A model generated the notes under the pieces. The model was not told the DNA's origin, did not search any database, and saw nothing but the letters and a program-made list of their open reading frames with translations. A stretch of DNA of 64,000 bases from an uncultured Phycisphaerales bacterium (lineage in GTDB: Bacteria > Planctomycetota > Phycisphaerae > Sedimentisphaerales > Anaerobacaceae), in contig CAVYYI010000003.1 of assembly GCA_963772725.1 (NCBI GenBank), positions 224,001 through 288,000 of the forward strand, read 5' to 3'. Position numbers and translations under genes: made by a program. Below are positions 1 to 12,100 of the stretch, one piece after another (position 1 is the stretch's first letter; each line of letters begins with the position of its first letter).

Positions 1-922
1 GAGCAGGCCTGTGGGGCCTTTACTGGAGGCGTTGAATAAGCTGGGAGCAAAGTGTGTGAGTCTTAAAAACAACGGCAAGGCGCCAGTGGCGATAACGGGT
101 CAAATCAAGGGGGGCAGGACTTCTATAGCGGCGTCAACGAGCCAGTATTTGTTGAGTCTTTTGTTGTGTGCGCCGCTCGCGGCTGGCGATACGGAGATAG
201 ATGTAACGCTGCTGAATGAGCCGGGCTATGCGCAGATGACGCTGGACTGGCTGGATAGGCAAGAGATTAAGTATGAGAATCACGGGATGCGGAAGTTTAT
301 TGTCAAAGGCGGGCAGAGTTACAGGGCTTTTGATGAGGCGATAGCGGCGGATTTTTCAAGTGCGACATTTTTTCTTTGCGCTGGTGCGCTGCTGGCGGAA
401 GATGAATTGACGCTGCTTGGGCTGGATTTTTCGGATAGTCAACCTGATAAGGCGGTGGTTGATTATTTGAGGGCGATGGGGGCGGATATTAGGATTGAGA
501 AAGGTGCAGTGAAGGTCAGGGCGAGCAGATTAAAGGGGGTGGAGATTGATATGAACGCGACGCCTGACGCTTTGCCGGCGATGGCGGTGACGGCGGCGTT
601 TGCGGAGGGCCAGACGCGGCTGGTGAATGTGCCTCAGGCGCGGGCCAAGGAGACGGACCGGATAAGGTGTATGGCGGAAGAGTTGAAAAAAATAAATGTT
701 GATGTTGAAGAATTGGCGGACGGGCTTATAATACGGCACAGTCAGCCGAGAGCGGCGGAACTTGACGGCAGAGGCGACCATCGGATTGTGATGGCGATGT
801 CGCTGGCGGCGATGGGTATCGATGGAGTTTGCAGTATCGATACGGCTGAGGCGATGAGCGTAACGTTTCCGAATTACGTTGAGCTTATGGAAAGTGTCGG
901 CGCTAAAATGAAACTCGAATAG
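1..922 (+). CDS. aroA: 3-phosphoshikimate 1-carboxyvinyltransferase (EPSP synthase), 5'-truncated by window edge
   Basis: Motifs TSQYLLSLLL, DFSSATFF, RAKETDRI, DHRIVMA, VTFPNY; frame is open to the window edge; directly upstream of aroC. Confidence 0.95.
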   Translation, partial: SRPVGPLLEALNKLGAKCVSLKNNGKAPVAITGQIKGGRTSIAASTSQYLLSLLLCAPLAAGDTEIDVTLLNEPGYAQMTLDWLDRQEIKYENHGMRKFIVKGGQSYRAFDEAIAADFSSATFFLCAGALLAEDELTLLGLDFSDSQPDKAVVDYLRAMGADIRIEKGAVKVRASRLKGVEIDMNATPDALPAMAVTAAFAEGQTRLVNVPQARAKETDRIRCMAEELKKINVDVEELADGLIIRHSQPRAAELDGRGDHRIVMAMSLAAMGIDGVCSIDTAEAMSVTFPNYVELMESVGAKMKLE

Positions 923-934
923 CAGGAGAAGACA

Positions 935-2263
935 ATGATAGGTTGCCATATAGGAAGGTTTTTTCAGGTAACGATAGCGGGCGGCTCTTATCAGGACGGA
1001 TTGACGGCGGTGGTGCAGGGTAATCCGCCTGGGATGCTGCTGACAGAGCAGGAAATTTACGGCGATTTGCTGCTGCGCAAGCCCGGAGTGGATGAGCTGT
1101 CGAGTCCGCGGAAGGAGCCTGATTTGCCTGTGATTTATACGGGGCTTAATGCGGCGGATACGATAGAGAACGCGGGGAACAGGAACCATACGAATGGAAC
1201 GCCTCTGACGATTTTGATTCCGAATCTTGACCGGCATTTCGTTCATATCAAGCAGTACCAGGACACGAACCGGACGCCAAGACCGGGGCATGCTTCTTAT
1301 GCATCTTTTGTAAAGTACGGGCCAGACGATGACGCTGTGGGGGCGGGGTTTTTCAGCGGGCGATATACAGCGACGATAGTTGCGGCGGGTTACGTGGCCA
1401 AAAAGATTCTGAAGAAATGCGGGATTGAGGTATTTTCATACATCAAGGAACTGGCGGGGGTGAGATGCCCGGAAATCGACCATGGGAAAGCTTTTAAGAT
1501 TACCAATGATTATAAAAAGATGCGGCATGACCTCGACCCGTTTTACCAGGAAATTTATGTTAAAGGGCGAATAACGCCGGAAATGCGGTTTCTTGAAAAA
1601 GCGAAAATTTTAGCCGAGATTGAGCAGGAAATAGAGGCGATACGCGACAAGGCACCACGGATGAAGGCGGATGCAGTGCGGGAGAAATACGGAGTTCATC
1701 ATATTTTGAATTGTCCGGATATTGATGCTGCACAGGCGATGCTTGAGGCGTCGAACCGAATCGCCAGGACAGGGGATTCGTGCGGAGGTGTTGTTGAGGT
1801 TGTGGTAACAGGTGCGCCGACGGGATTGGGCGAGCCGATGTTTTATAAACTTGACGCTGAACTGGGCAGGATGCTTGGCATCGGCGCGGTTAAGGGTGTT
1901 GAAATTGGTGCGGGATTCGCGGTCAAAGATATGACAGGGGTGCAATCCAATGACCAGATGCGTTCGAAAGACGGCAAGGTTATTTTCGAGTCGAATAATG
2001 CGGGGGGAATTACGGGTGGGCTTTCAACGGGTCAACCGATAATTGTGAAACTTGCGGTAAAGCCGACGCCGACGATAGATAAGCCGCAAAAAACGGTTGA
2101 TAAATACACGCTTGAGAATAAGGATTTGGCGGCTATAACAAGGCGGGACGCGACAATTGTTGGGCGAATATGGCCTGTGGCTGAAAACTATACGGCAATG
2201 GTTATTCTTGACCATCTCTTTGCGTATTACGGCTATGAAGCCTTAAAAAGCAAGGTGAAATAA
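935..2263 (+). CDS. aroC: Chorismate synthase (divergent, with internal insertion)
   Basis: PRPGHA, GDSCGGVVE, VKGVEIGAGF, SNNAGGITGGLSTG, KPTPTI motifs; RBS aggag upstream. Confidence 0.92.
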   Translation: MIGCHIGRFFQVTIAGGSYQDGLTAVVQGNPPGMLLTEQEIYGDLLLRKPGVDELSSPRKEPDLPVIYTGLNAADTIENAGNRNHTNGTPLTILIPNLDRHFVHIKQYQDTNRTPRPGHASYASFVKYGPDDDAVGAGFFSGRYTATIVAAGYVAKKILKKCGIEVFSYIKELAGVRCPEIDHGKAFKITNDYKKMRHDLDPFYQEIYVKGRITPEMRFLEKAKILAEIEQEIEAIRDKAPRMKADAVREKYGVHHILNCPDIDAAQAMLEASNRIARTGDSCGGVVEVVVTGAPTGLGEPMFYKLDAELGRMLGIGAVKGVEIGAGFAVKDMTGVQSNDQMRSKDGKVIFESNNAGGITGGLSTGQPIIVKLAVKPTPTIDKPQKTVDKYTLENKDLAAITRRDATIVGRIWPVAENYTAMVILDHLFAYYGYEALKSKVK

Positions 2264-2289
2264 AAAAAGCCCCGGGTTTAAGCCGGGGC
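2261..2289 (-). terminator. Rho-independent terminator between convergent aroC and giant-protein gene
   Basis: gccccgg-N7-ccggggc hairpin (2269-2289) followed on the minus strand by a T7 run. Confidence 0.75.
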
Positions 2290-2351
2290 CAAACGCTTAA
2301 TCATCGTTTCGACCACAGAAAGGGGTATCGCGGTCTTAACGGCGATTATTC

Positions 2352-3197
2352 TCAAGGAATAGGATACGACCAGTCGGAGAAAGCTGTCCAGGTTACCTGG
2401 TCATTACTGCCGGCGACACGCGCTCTTACACGGAATTTGTAATTGAACATATTTATCCCCGTAGTAATCGCATACACCGGGCTTGCCTGCCAATTACTGT
2501 TAAACGGTGTACTGCTGCCGCTGAGAGTTCGGCATTCGAAGAAGTACTCAACACCAGCGGCACCGGCAGGCGGAGTCGCGGTACTAGCAGTCATAGTGTA
2601 TCCGTTAAGCCCATTAACAACTGTTCTTGTCGGGGTCACTTCCCAGGTCATCGGGTTGGGCGTCGGGGCCTGCGAAACCGGCGGAACTACACCCGAAGTC
2701 GTAACAGTAACCGTTATTGACGGAACAGTTTCGTTGTGCTGAGCGGATTTATCTCTGGCTTTTACCCTGAAAGTATATATGGTATTGGCCAGGAAATTTG
2801 TTCCGGTCCAGTTCGGATCATCCTGCCAGATTCTGGAGAACGCCGGGTCAGATGTACATTCGAAGTAGTATTCAACACCGCTTGGGTCTGTAGCAGTAGC
2901 AGCTTTCATTTTAATAGTATTCGCGTTGATAACGAGCGGTTCGCCGCCAAGAGCCCATGCCATTGGATCAGGTGCCGGCGCAAAATCATCACGGGCGATA
3001 GCATAACCGACGACCGATAAGCCTGTTTCATTATGTGCGGCATCCCTGGCTTTTACCCTGTAACCATACTGCTGACCGGTAGTCAGGCCGGTGTCGATGT
3101 AATTGGGGTCAGTGCTCCAGCCACGAGAGTGGCCGCTGCCAAAGGTGCATTCGAAGTAGTATTCAACCGTTCGAGCCGGACAAATCATTGGCATCAA
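2352..3197 (-). CDS. Giant protein segment 7: C-terminal FN3-like repeats
   Basis: VEYYFEC...YGYRVKARD and PNPMTW repeats. Confidence 0.8.
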   Translation of the reverse strand: MMPMICPARTVEYYFECTFGSGHSRGWSTDPNYIDTGLTTGQQYGYRVKARDAAHNETGLSVVGYAIARDDFAPAPDPMAWALGGEPLVINANTIKMKAATATDPSGVEYYFECTSDPAFSRIWQDDPNWTGTNFLANTIYTFRVKARDKSAQHNETVPSITVTVTTSGVVPPVSQAPTPNPMTWEVTPTRTVVNGLNGYTMTASTATPPAGAAGVEYFFECRTLSGSSTPFNSNWQASPVYAITTGINMFNYKFRVRARVAGSNDQVTWTAFSDWSYPIP

Positions 3198-6100
3198 CAG
3201 CTTTCATTATTATCGAAGTATCGGTATAGCCAGTGGGTGAAACAGTCCAATCCATCGGATTTGGAATCGGTGGGACCAAATCGCCATTGGGCTGCGCGCT
3301 TCTAATTTCAGACCACTGGGTTCTGTTGTCGCTGGCATCACGAGCCTGTACTCTGTAGAAATACGCGATTGAGGGGGTGAGGCCCGTGTCAATGTAAGTT
3401 CTGTTGGTGCTCCAGTCTCTGTTATGGTTGCTGTCAGTTAAGTTTTCAAAGTAATATTCAACAACAGAGCCGGAACTGTCAAAGGCCTGCGTGGCGACCA
3501 TAGTAATTCCTGAGCCGCCGTTGCCCGCAGGCGGAACTTCCCATGTCATCGGGTTGGGAACCGGCGGAGTCTGGTCAACTCCCGGGGCAGCGGACATAAC
3601 AGGCGACCAGTCAGTTTCATTGCTGAAATTGGGATCAGCTTTAACGTCACGGGCTTTAACTCTGTAACTGTATGTGGTGCCAATAGTTAGATTCAAATCT
3701 GTCCAGGTAGTGCTTGCCTGCCAGCCGCTATTTACAACCGGTCCGCCGGAATATCGCTCGAAGAAATATTCCACCGCGCCGCCGTAGTTGTCTGTGGCTG
3801 TTACAGCGGTCATAGTAATGGAAGTCGGGCCGCTGGAAGAAGGCGGATAGTACCATTGCATCGGGTTTGGACTCGGCGGGGTAGTATCTTCACCTGTTAC
3901 GGCATAGACTGGAAACGACCAAGCGGTATTATGGTCCGTAATATCGCGAGCTTTTACTTTATAACCATATTCAACATTCGGCGCAAGACCGGTATCCGTA
4001 TATGTTCTATCGGTACTCCAGTCGCGGTCGTGTCCGCCTCCTGAGACGCACTTGAAGTAGTATTGCACAGGCTGGCCAGAATTATCAAAGGCCTGTGTCG
4101 CGGTCATACTGACGGTTGTCTGGCTATTGGACGCTGGGAGTATTTCCCAGGTCATCGGGTCCGGTGAAGGAGGTGTTACATCGCCTGCGCCCCAGTATGT
4201 TGAAAGGATAGCCAAATCGGCAAAATTGACGAAACCGTCAAGGTTGAGGTCTGCTCCATCGCACCAGCCTGGGAATGTACATTCCTGTAGCCAGTAAAGC
4301 ATAAGCTGTATGGCATCATTATTATCAACGACGCTATCGAAATCGAGGTCGCCTTGTTCAAACCTGCCGTTCTTGTAATAGTGGAAACCTATATCAAGCG
4401 CATTAACGTCGTTTTTGCTGTCAGTTCTTGTGCTATAACGATACCGTCCGAGAGGCAGGTCGTTAGCATCGCCTGTACCTCTGTCGATGCACGGACTGTT
4501 GAAAACCTGGTTAGCGTCATTAGTATCGTTATGGCTAAGATAATACTGATAATTCTCACCAAGGCCATCAATTCCGACAAAAATCGGATCGTTGAGACTG
4601 GTGCCGTGCATATTGGTTGACTCGTCAGGGTTATTTGGGTCGGGCTGCCAGATAAGAGTGCCGCCTTTCCATCCGCCGAGCGGAGGTCTGATAAAGGCAA
4701 ACTGCTGTCCGCCCCAGATGTCGCAGTAAGAGACAAACATCACGGATTCATCTTTAACGTTATACAGTCCGTTGGGGTCATAAGCGCCGACTGCGATTCC
4801 TCTGCCTTTGAGCTTGCTTGCGGTATTGCCCCAGACAATGCTGTTAATCAGGTTGGCATGACTGTTATAGGTGACGGAAATGCCTCCGCCGTAACCGTCT
4901 ATATCCGGAGAAGTATCGGTATGCGGAATTCCTATAACCTTATTCGCGGTAACGGTAGCGTTCTGAATATAGACTTTAGTATTATAAGAGGCTGAACAGC
5001 GCCGCCGTCAATCGCGGCGGAGTTTCCATATAACAGACAGTTGTTAATCACAACCGAGTTGTAGTCGGCATCCATCGACGAGAGGTTCCCAAAAGCATAC
5101 ACACCGCCGCCTGAACCTGTGGAGGTATTGTATTTGAACATGCTATCGCCTATATTGGCGGGCGAGGTTGAGCAGAAGATACCGCCGCCCAGGCCGCGTA
5201 TATCAAATTGTGGTGGGCCAATTGTAATTGTATCAGGCTCTTTAGACCCAACAGAAACAGTCTGTATTCTGGCTGCATTCGGCTCATAGACATAACCGGC
5301 ATTATTCCTGTTAATCTTACTGCCGATAATCACAGGCACGCTGTTGCTGGACAATACTGCGCCTCCTTCGTATGAGATGTTGCCGGTGAAGTTGCAGTCC
5401 ATAACGGTTGTTGCGACATCGGACCAGTAGGCCGCGCCGCCTTCGGCGGCTTTGTTATTTGTGAAGGTGCAGTTTATAAGCTTCATATTGCCTTTTTTTG
5501 TATCCGGCGTCAAAGTGCCTGAAGCAAAGAGCGCCGCCATAGGTAATATGAGCGTCATACTGATTCGTCGGAACGTTGCTGTCTATCCAGTTGCCTGAAA
5601 AGGCACAGTTTGTAAACGCCGGCGAAGAGCCTGGCTCGCAATAAACCGCGCCGCCAAAGCTCTGTATTCTCGCGTGCCTGTCAGGCCAGGGGAAAGGTGA
5701 CGGCGGGAATCCATGTTGTCCACCAACACCACAGAAACCGCTTACTGTTTTATTATTCGAGAAGATGCAATCTGTGAAAGTTGGATTACTGTTTGTATCA
5801 ATATAGACGGCTCCGCCCATAGCGGTAAAGAGCCAGTAATCATCATAAGTTCCTTCGTAACTTACCGGAATCCATTGGTCGTTTTCGAAATCATAAATCG
5901 CGTTAAATCTCGCATATCCGTATTTATTCGCAGGGAAGAGCCATTCAAGGCCTCTATCCTTCCACCAGTTTTCATCGTGTTCCTTGAACTCCCACTGCCC
6001 GCCTCTGCCGCCATAGCCGGAACTAGGTCTGAGGGCGTCGCCGCCCTTGCCGCCGTCGCCGCTGTAAGCCGCACAGTTGAGGAACTTTACATTTTTAAAA

Positions 6101-9100
6101 GTCGGGTTGCTGTTCAGCATAAATATAGCACCGCCGTAGGCGCTTCCGGCCCAACCGCCATTGCCGCCGTTGATATGTCCCTGGCCGCCATCGGCGCCTT
6201 TTCCTCCGCTTCCAGATTGAATAGATACGTTATCTATGACAATATTTTTTAATGTTGGCGAAGCATTGTAAATATTTATTGCACCGGCTTTAATCGAACC
6301 GCCATTCTCGCCGGGCAGTCCCGTTCCATCTTTGGGACTTACACCATCACCAGCACCCCAGCCAAAATCGTGCATTGTAAAACCACTCAAAACAGTTTCA
6401 GGCCCGACGCTGCGAATATCAATCGAAATTCCCTGCAATCTGGTTAACTCCGGGCTGTCCGGATTAGCGGTAGTAATTGTAAGGTTCTTACCCCAGATAG
6501 ATATACCTCCGAGATGTGGTCCAACAAATTGATGCTCGTAACCGGGATGCTGATAATCACCGGGAGCAAGAACAATCTGGTCTCCTTCGCCGGCAGCATC
6601 GATAGCCTTTTGGATTGTATCGTAATCAGTCGGTACTCGAATTGTTCTTACTAATTCAAATTCGACAGAAACGACCTTATTTGCGCTCATAACGACAAAG
6701 TTGTTTAATTCCTTCGAGGAATCGTCTTCGGTGCCGCCCCACGCCTTAATGCGTGAGCCTGCGCCGGGTTTGGCGGTGAGCAATCATAGTACCTGCATAA
6801 TAGCCGCTTGCGTTCGGGGTAGCAGGAGAAACATCGACAGTGCCTACTCCGCCTGTAACATTAACGGTCAATTGATACTGAATCGGTGCGGCGGAATAAT
6901 GATAACCGGCATTTACAACCCCGGAATCGAGAGTGTTATCCGGCTGCGAGGTTCTGGTATCCAGCCCCCACAGATGAGCCGAACCGAGTCCGCCGTCAAT
7001 GCAAATGTATGGCGGGGGTTTGGTGAGATAATAATTACCAAGAGACCCTGTCGCAAATTGCTGAGAGAAAGTGTCAAACTGAGCGTTATTCCAGTTGGCA
7101 AAAGGTACATTATAGAGGTAGAAACCGCTGCCGTAAACTTTGGCCGGCAAATTCCAGAAATAGCAGTATGTAACATATACTTTGCCCAGCCCGGTTTCCT
7201 TATATATCGCGTAGTTAAGCGAGTTTGCGAATATGGAATTAAAAATCTTTGCCCTGGAATTTCCTGAGGAGTAGATTGCGCCGCCCTTAACAGCGGCCTG
7301 GTTGTCGGCAAAGGTGCAATTTACAATATTCGGGTCTGCATAAGAAGATAAAGATACCGCGCCGCCGGTATTGGATGCGGTGTTCTTCGTAAAAAGGCAG
7401 TTGAAGATATACGGAGAATCACTATAGTAATTCAATGAGCCATAGATATTCAATGCGCCTCCGACTCCGTTTTCACCTGTCACTGTATTGGCATTAAATG
7501 TACAGTTATGCAGCTTCATTGGTGTATTTGTCGCCCAGATGCCGCCCGCGGCCTGGCCTGAGGCGGTGTTGCCGTTAATGACGCATTCATTCATATCGGA
7601 TGTCTCAGTGCTATCGACAAGATAAAGTCCGCCGGCACTTGCGCCTGATTGCTGATAAAGTAGCAGTTCGTAACAACGGCATCAAAGTTTCTCCAGAAGA
7701 CACCGCCGCCGTTAATGTTAGCGGTATTCTTGGAAATGGTGCAATCTGTAAGCGTCAAAGCTGCCGTTGTATTCGGGTCGTAAGAATAGAAACCGCCGCC
7801 GTCACCATAAATGGCTTTATTTCCGCTGATGGCGGTATTTTTAATCGTGACCGGTTTAGCCTTATGATAAATACCGCCGCCGTTGAGATAGGCGCTGTTT
7901 CCGCTTATATTGCAATTTGTAATTTTAGCGGCTCCGCCTGCTTTAAAGTAAATAGCGCCGCCGTCATTATATCCTTCCCGATTCGGCAGTCCTCCGCCCC
8001 CAGTTTCATAGTAAATTAAAGCGGAGTTATTGTTGTTTCCGATGAAGTGAGAGTCAGTGACGTTTATATTGACATCATCGGCACAATACAAGGCGCCGCC
8101 GTTACCGGGGCCACTTACGACATTAACTAATCCTGCGGTCAATTCCTCATACGTATCGCCTATAAAGTTGCCGTTAAATTCACAATTCTTAATCGTAACC
8201 AAAGAATTGACATCGCAGTATAACGCGCCGCCGGCCGAAAAAGTATTTTTCTGCCAATCCCATCCCCTTGACCTGTTTTGCAGAATGAGGCAATTTACAA
8301 AATTAGGCTCAGAATTCTTTCCTGAGAACACGGCACCAGCATAACCAACACCCAGATTGTACCCGTCGAAGCCCGTGAAAACCACCTGTTTATTACTTTC
8401 AATCAGACTGCCTGAACCCACATTACCTCCCAGACCGCCGACACCGCCGGATGCTGTACCCTGTTCCATATTGCAGTCCAGGATAGTGGTTTTGACACCA
8501 TCAGCGATATAGATAGCGGCCCCATAGCCAAAACCTTCACCGTTGCCGCCGTCGCCGCCACTGCCCGCAAGGACACTTGAACCGGAGGAATTGCCGCCGT
8601 TGCCGCCATCGCCGCCGAGTCCGCCGTGAGCAAAGTTGCCGCTAAACACACAATACCTGATTACGGGATTACTATTAGGGTTAACGTAAATAGCACCACC
8701 ATATCCATTACCGGTTCCGGTTCCGCCCGGTCCGCCGGCCTGACCTTCTTTTTTACTGTTATATTGGTCTGCACCGTTTGCGCCATCGCCGCCGACAGCT
8801 CCTGCTACGGCGCAGTTAATAAATTTGCAGTATTCGATTGTTGGGCTGCTGTCATTAATGTAAATAGCACCACCGTAACCGTCTCCGAAGACATCTTCGC
8901 CGCCGAAGGCAGAGACAATATTCGGATCGCACGGGTCACCAGGCTGCGGCACAACGCCATTTAGGCCGCGAGGTCCTGTCATAAAACCATTTTGAATTGT
9001 AAATCCGCTGACTACGGTATCCATGCCTTCACCGCTGTGGAACTGGAAGGCACGTCTCGGACTTGCCTTACTCCCCTGACAGTCTATAACAACACTCGGG

Positions 9101-12100
9101 TATCTCCGGTCGGAGATTAAAGTAACATGTTTGCCTTTAAAATCGAAACCATCTCTATCGCTGACCACATAAGGTGTCCCATCAGATTTCGGGCTTACAA
9201 CAATAGTGTCTTTGTTTTTTGCAGCCGTTATTGCCGCTTCAATATCAGGATACTGCGCAGGCACAAAAATCATTCTTGCTTTATGGAAATCTACAGTAAC
9301 AGTTCTGTTTCTATTCATTGTTGCAGTATTGTTATTAACATCCATAATCGTATCATTGTCGGTCCCGCTCCAGGCGGTTACGAAGTAACCGGGGTTAGGC
9401 TGTGCGACAAGTTTGACTGTTGTACCCTGATTAACAAGTCTTGTGGCCGGCGCAGTGATGCTAAATGCGTCCGAGCCTCCGGCCTGCGCAATTAAGCTTC
9501 CACCACTGGCGTCACCGATAACACTGATTTTCAGAGTATATTTAGGTATTGCTGCCGCGGCTTTATAATGATAACCCATATCGACAATATTTGTATCCGC
9601 AACAAAGTCGGTTCGTGTGGTATAATTGGTAAAGTCAAAAGCAGAAGCCGGGTCACCCCCATTAACACAGTTGCTGTCAATTAACTGTCCTGCAGCAATC
9701 TGGCTGAGATAATATGCCGGTTCGTTAACATCAGGGGACACAAACAGCGGATTTTCGGCGATATTGCCGTTATTCCACCATATCTCGGTGTTCGGTTCAT
9801 CTTCAAGGTAAACACCCTCTTCGCCGCCTTGTACGTCGCTGTACATTACGTCAACGTCTGCATACGGCCCGCCGTCATAAGGGTCTGAACCCAAAGGCGT
9901 ACCAACGGCAATTTGGCTGCCGCTGACATACGCTGAACCTGCGACGGTATTATTCCAAAGGATACTGCTCTCTATGGCGACATAAGCCCATCGCTCTGCG
10001 CTGCTTACACCGCCGCCGCTGCCGAAGGCACCTGTAACGGTATTGTTCACGATTGTACAATTGGAAAGCGTAACTGTTGCGCCGATATTAGACGAAATGC
10101 CGCCGCCGTCGATATATGCGGTATTATCGGTAATAAGACAATTGACAACTTTCTGCGGAGAGTTATGACCATCGAAGAAGAGCGCTCCGCCCGAACCGGA
10201 GGCGTTGTTGCCCGTTATTAGGGAATTCCTCATCGTAATTGCTGTGTTATACCAGGAGCATGCGCCGCCGGAACAGGCCTCTTCCAGTGAAGTATTATTC
10301 TTAAATAAACAATTATTGACGTCTGCCTGGCAGTTGAATCCGTATATTCCGTTTCCATGCTTGCCGACGTTATTATTAACGAATGAAGTATCCATAGTTA
10401 AAACGACTTCCTCAGCGTACATACCGCCGCCCTGCCCGTAGGCTGTATTTACACTAATATTACAATCAGTAATATTGACGGTGGTGCTAAGCGGATTTAA
10501 GATGTCACCGGCGAATATACCGCCGCCGTTGCCTGGATATGCGCCATTGTCTGCCGAAAGTGCGGTATTGCCTGTAATATCGCAACGGGTTAAAGTAATG
10601 ATTCCATCGTGAGCGGCATAAAAACCGCCGCCATCGCCTATGGTTAGATTACCTGAAATAGTTGTATCTGCGGAAATAACATTTGCGGACTCGTCGCAAT
10701 AGATTCCGCCTCCGAAACCGCCTGAGATAAAGTACATAGACTGATTGGGCATGGCAGCAAATACCGTATTATTTGTGAAGGTACTATTTGCTATTGTTGC
10801 AAAACTCAAGGAAATGCCGCCGCCATATCCGGGATATCCGCCACCATTAGACCCGTCAGGCCCATCACCCGGGAAAGTTGTATTGTCATTGCCGCCATTA
10901 CCGCCTTGCCCCGGAGCATACTTAGCCCAGGCCAGGTTATCTGAGATGGAACAATTATTAATATCAATATTACTCGCCGGGCCACAATAAATTGCGCCGC
11001 CCCATACCGCCCCGCTGTCACCACCCCGGCCACCGGCACCCGCCTGGATAGTAGCCGTGGCATTTGTACCGTTGGCGCCGTTACCACCGGCGCCGGATAT
11101 TGCGCAGCAGTCGATTATGGTAGTACTTTCTATAAGCGGGCTGCCGCCACCGTCAACGCAGATGGCGCCGCCAAATGCCCCGCCGCCCTGGCCGCCCCAG
11201 CCGCCGTCAGGCATCGGGTCTGTTCCCGTGTTTGAGCCGTTCACACCATCACCACCGTCGCCGCCTCTTGCGATACAATCGGTAATAACACATCGGCGAA
11301 TAGTTGGACTGCTGCCTGTACAATATATCGCACCGCCGAGTGCATCCATACCATTTGTACCGCTTACGCCTGCGCCAACACCGTCAAACCCATTAACGTA
11401 CACATAACCATTTCTGATTGTAAAGCCGTCAATAATGCTATTCCGTCCTTCGCCGGTCTGGAAAATAAAGGCACGATGCGAACCCGAGGCCAGGCCCGAA
11501 CCTGTCGCTGGAACATCGATAATTGTTGATGCAACAACGGAACTGTTGCCTGGGTCAACGCTTCTTAAGAGAACAGCATTGCCTCCGAAATCCAGGTCTC
11601 CTTCATAATAAACACCGGGTTTAACCTCGATAATGTCGCCGCTGCTTGCGACACTTAACGCATAACGAATGGTGCTATACGGTGAAGGAACACTAAGGAC
11701 ATTTCCGCTGCCTGAGGTGCCGAGAGTAACAGTGGCCATATCCGACCAGGCGGTTTCGTTGCCAAGCCCATCTTTAGCCTTACACTGGAAAGTATATGAA
11801 TAATTGTCGGCAACATTGGTCGATACCGTATATGTTGCCGAACTTTGCCACACCGGGTTGCTATTGAGAGTACTTGGGTCTATACCAGGTTTTGTCGTAT
11901 TAACGCATCTAAATGAATACTGGACGCCGCTTTCATCACTGGCGGTCTTTGCCTTCATTTGAATCCTGGTTGGACTGGAAAGCTTCTTGGGCTTTTTATC
12001 CCACCGTGCAGGATCCGGGGCAGGAGAGAGGTTATCGACCGCAGCTGCCGTTGTGGCCGATAGTGAAGTTGACCAGCCTGTTTGATTTTGATTTGTCGAT

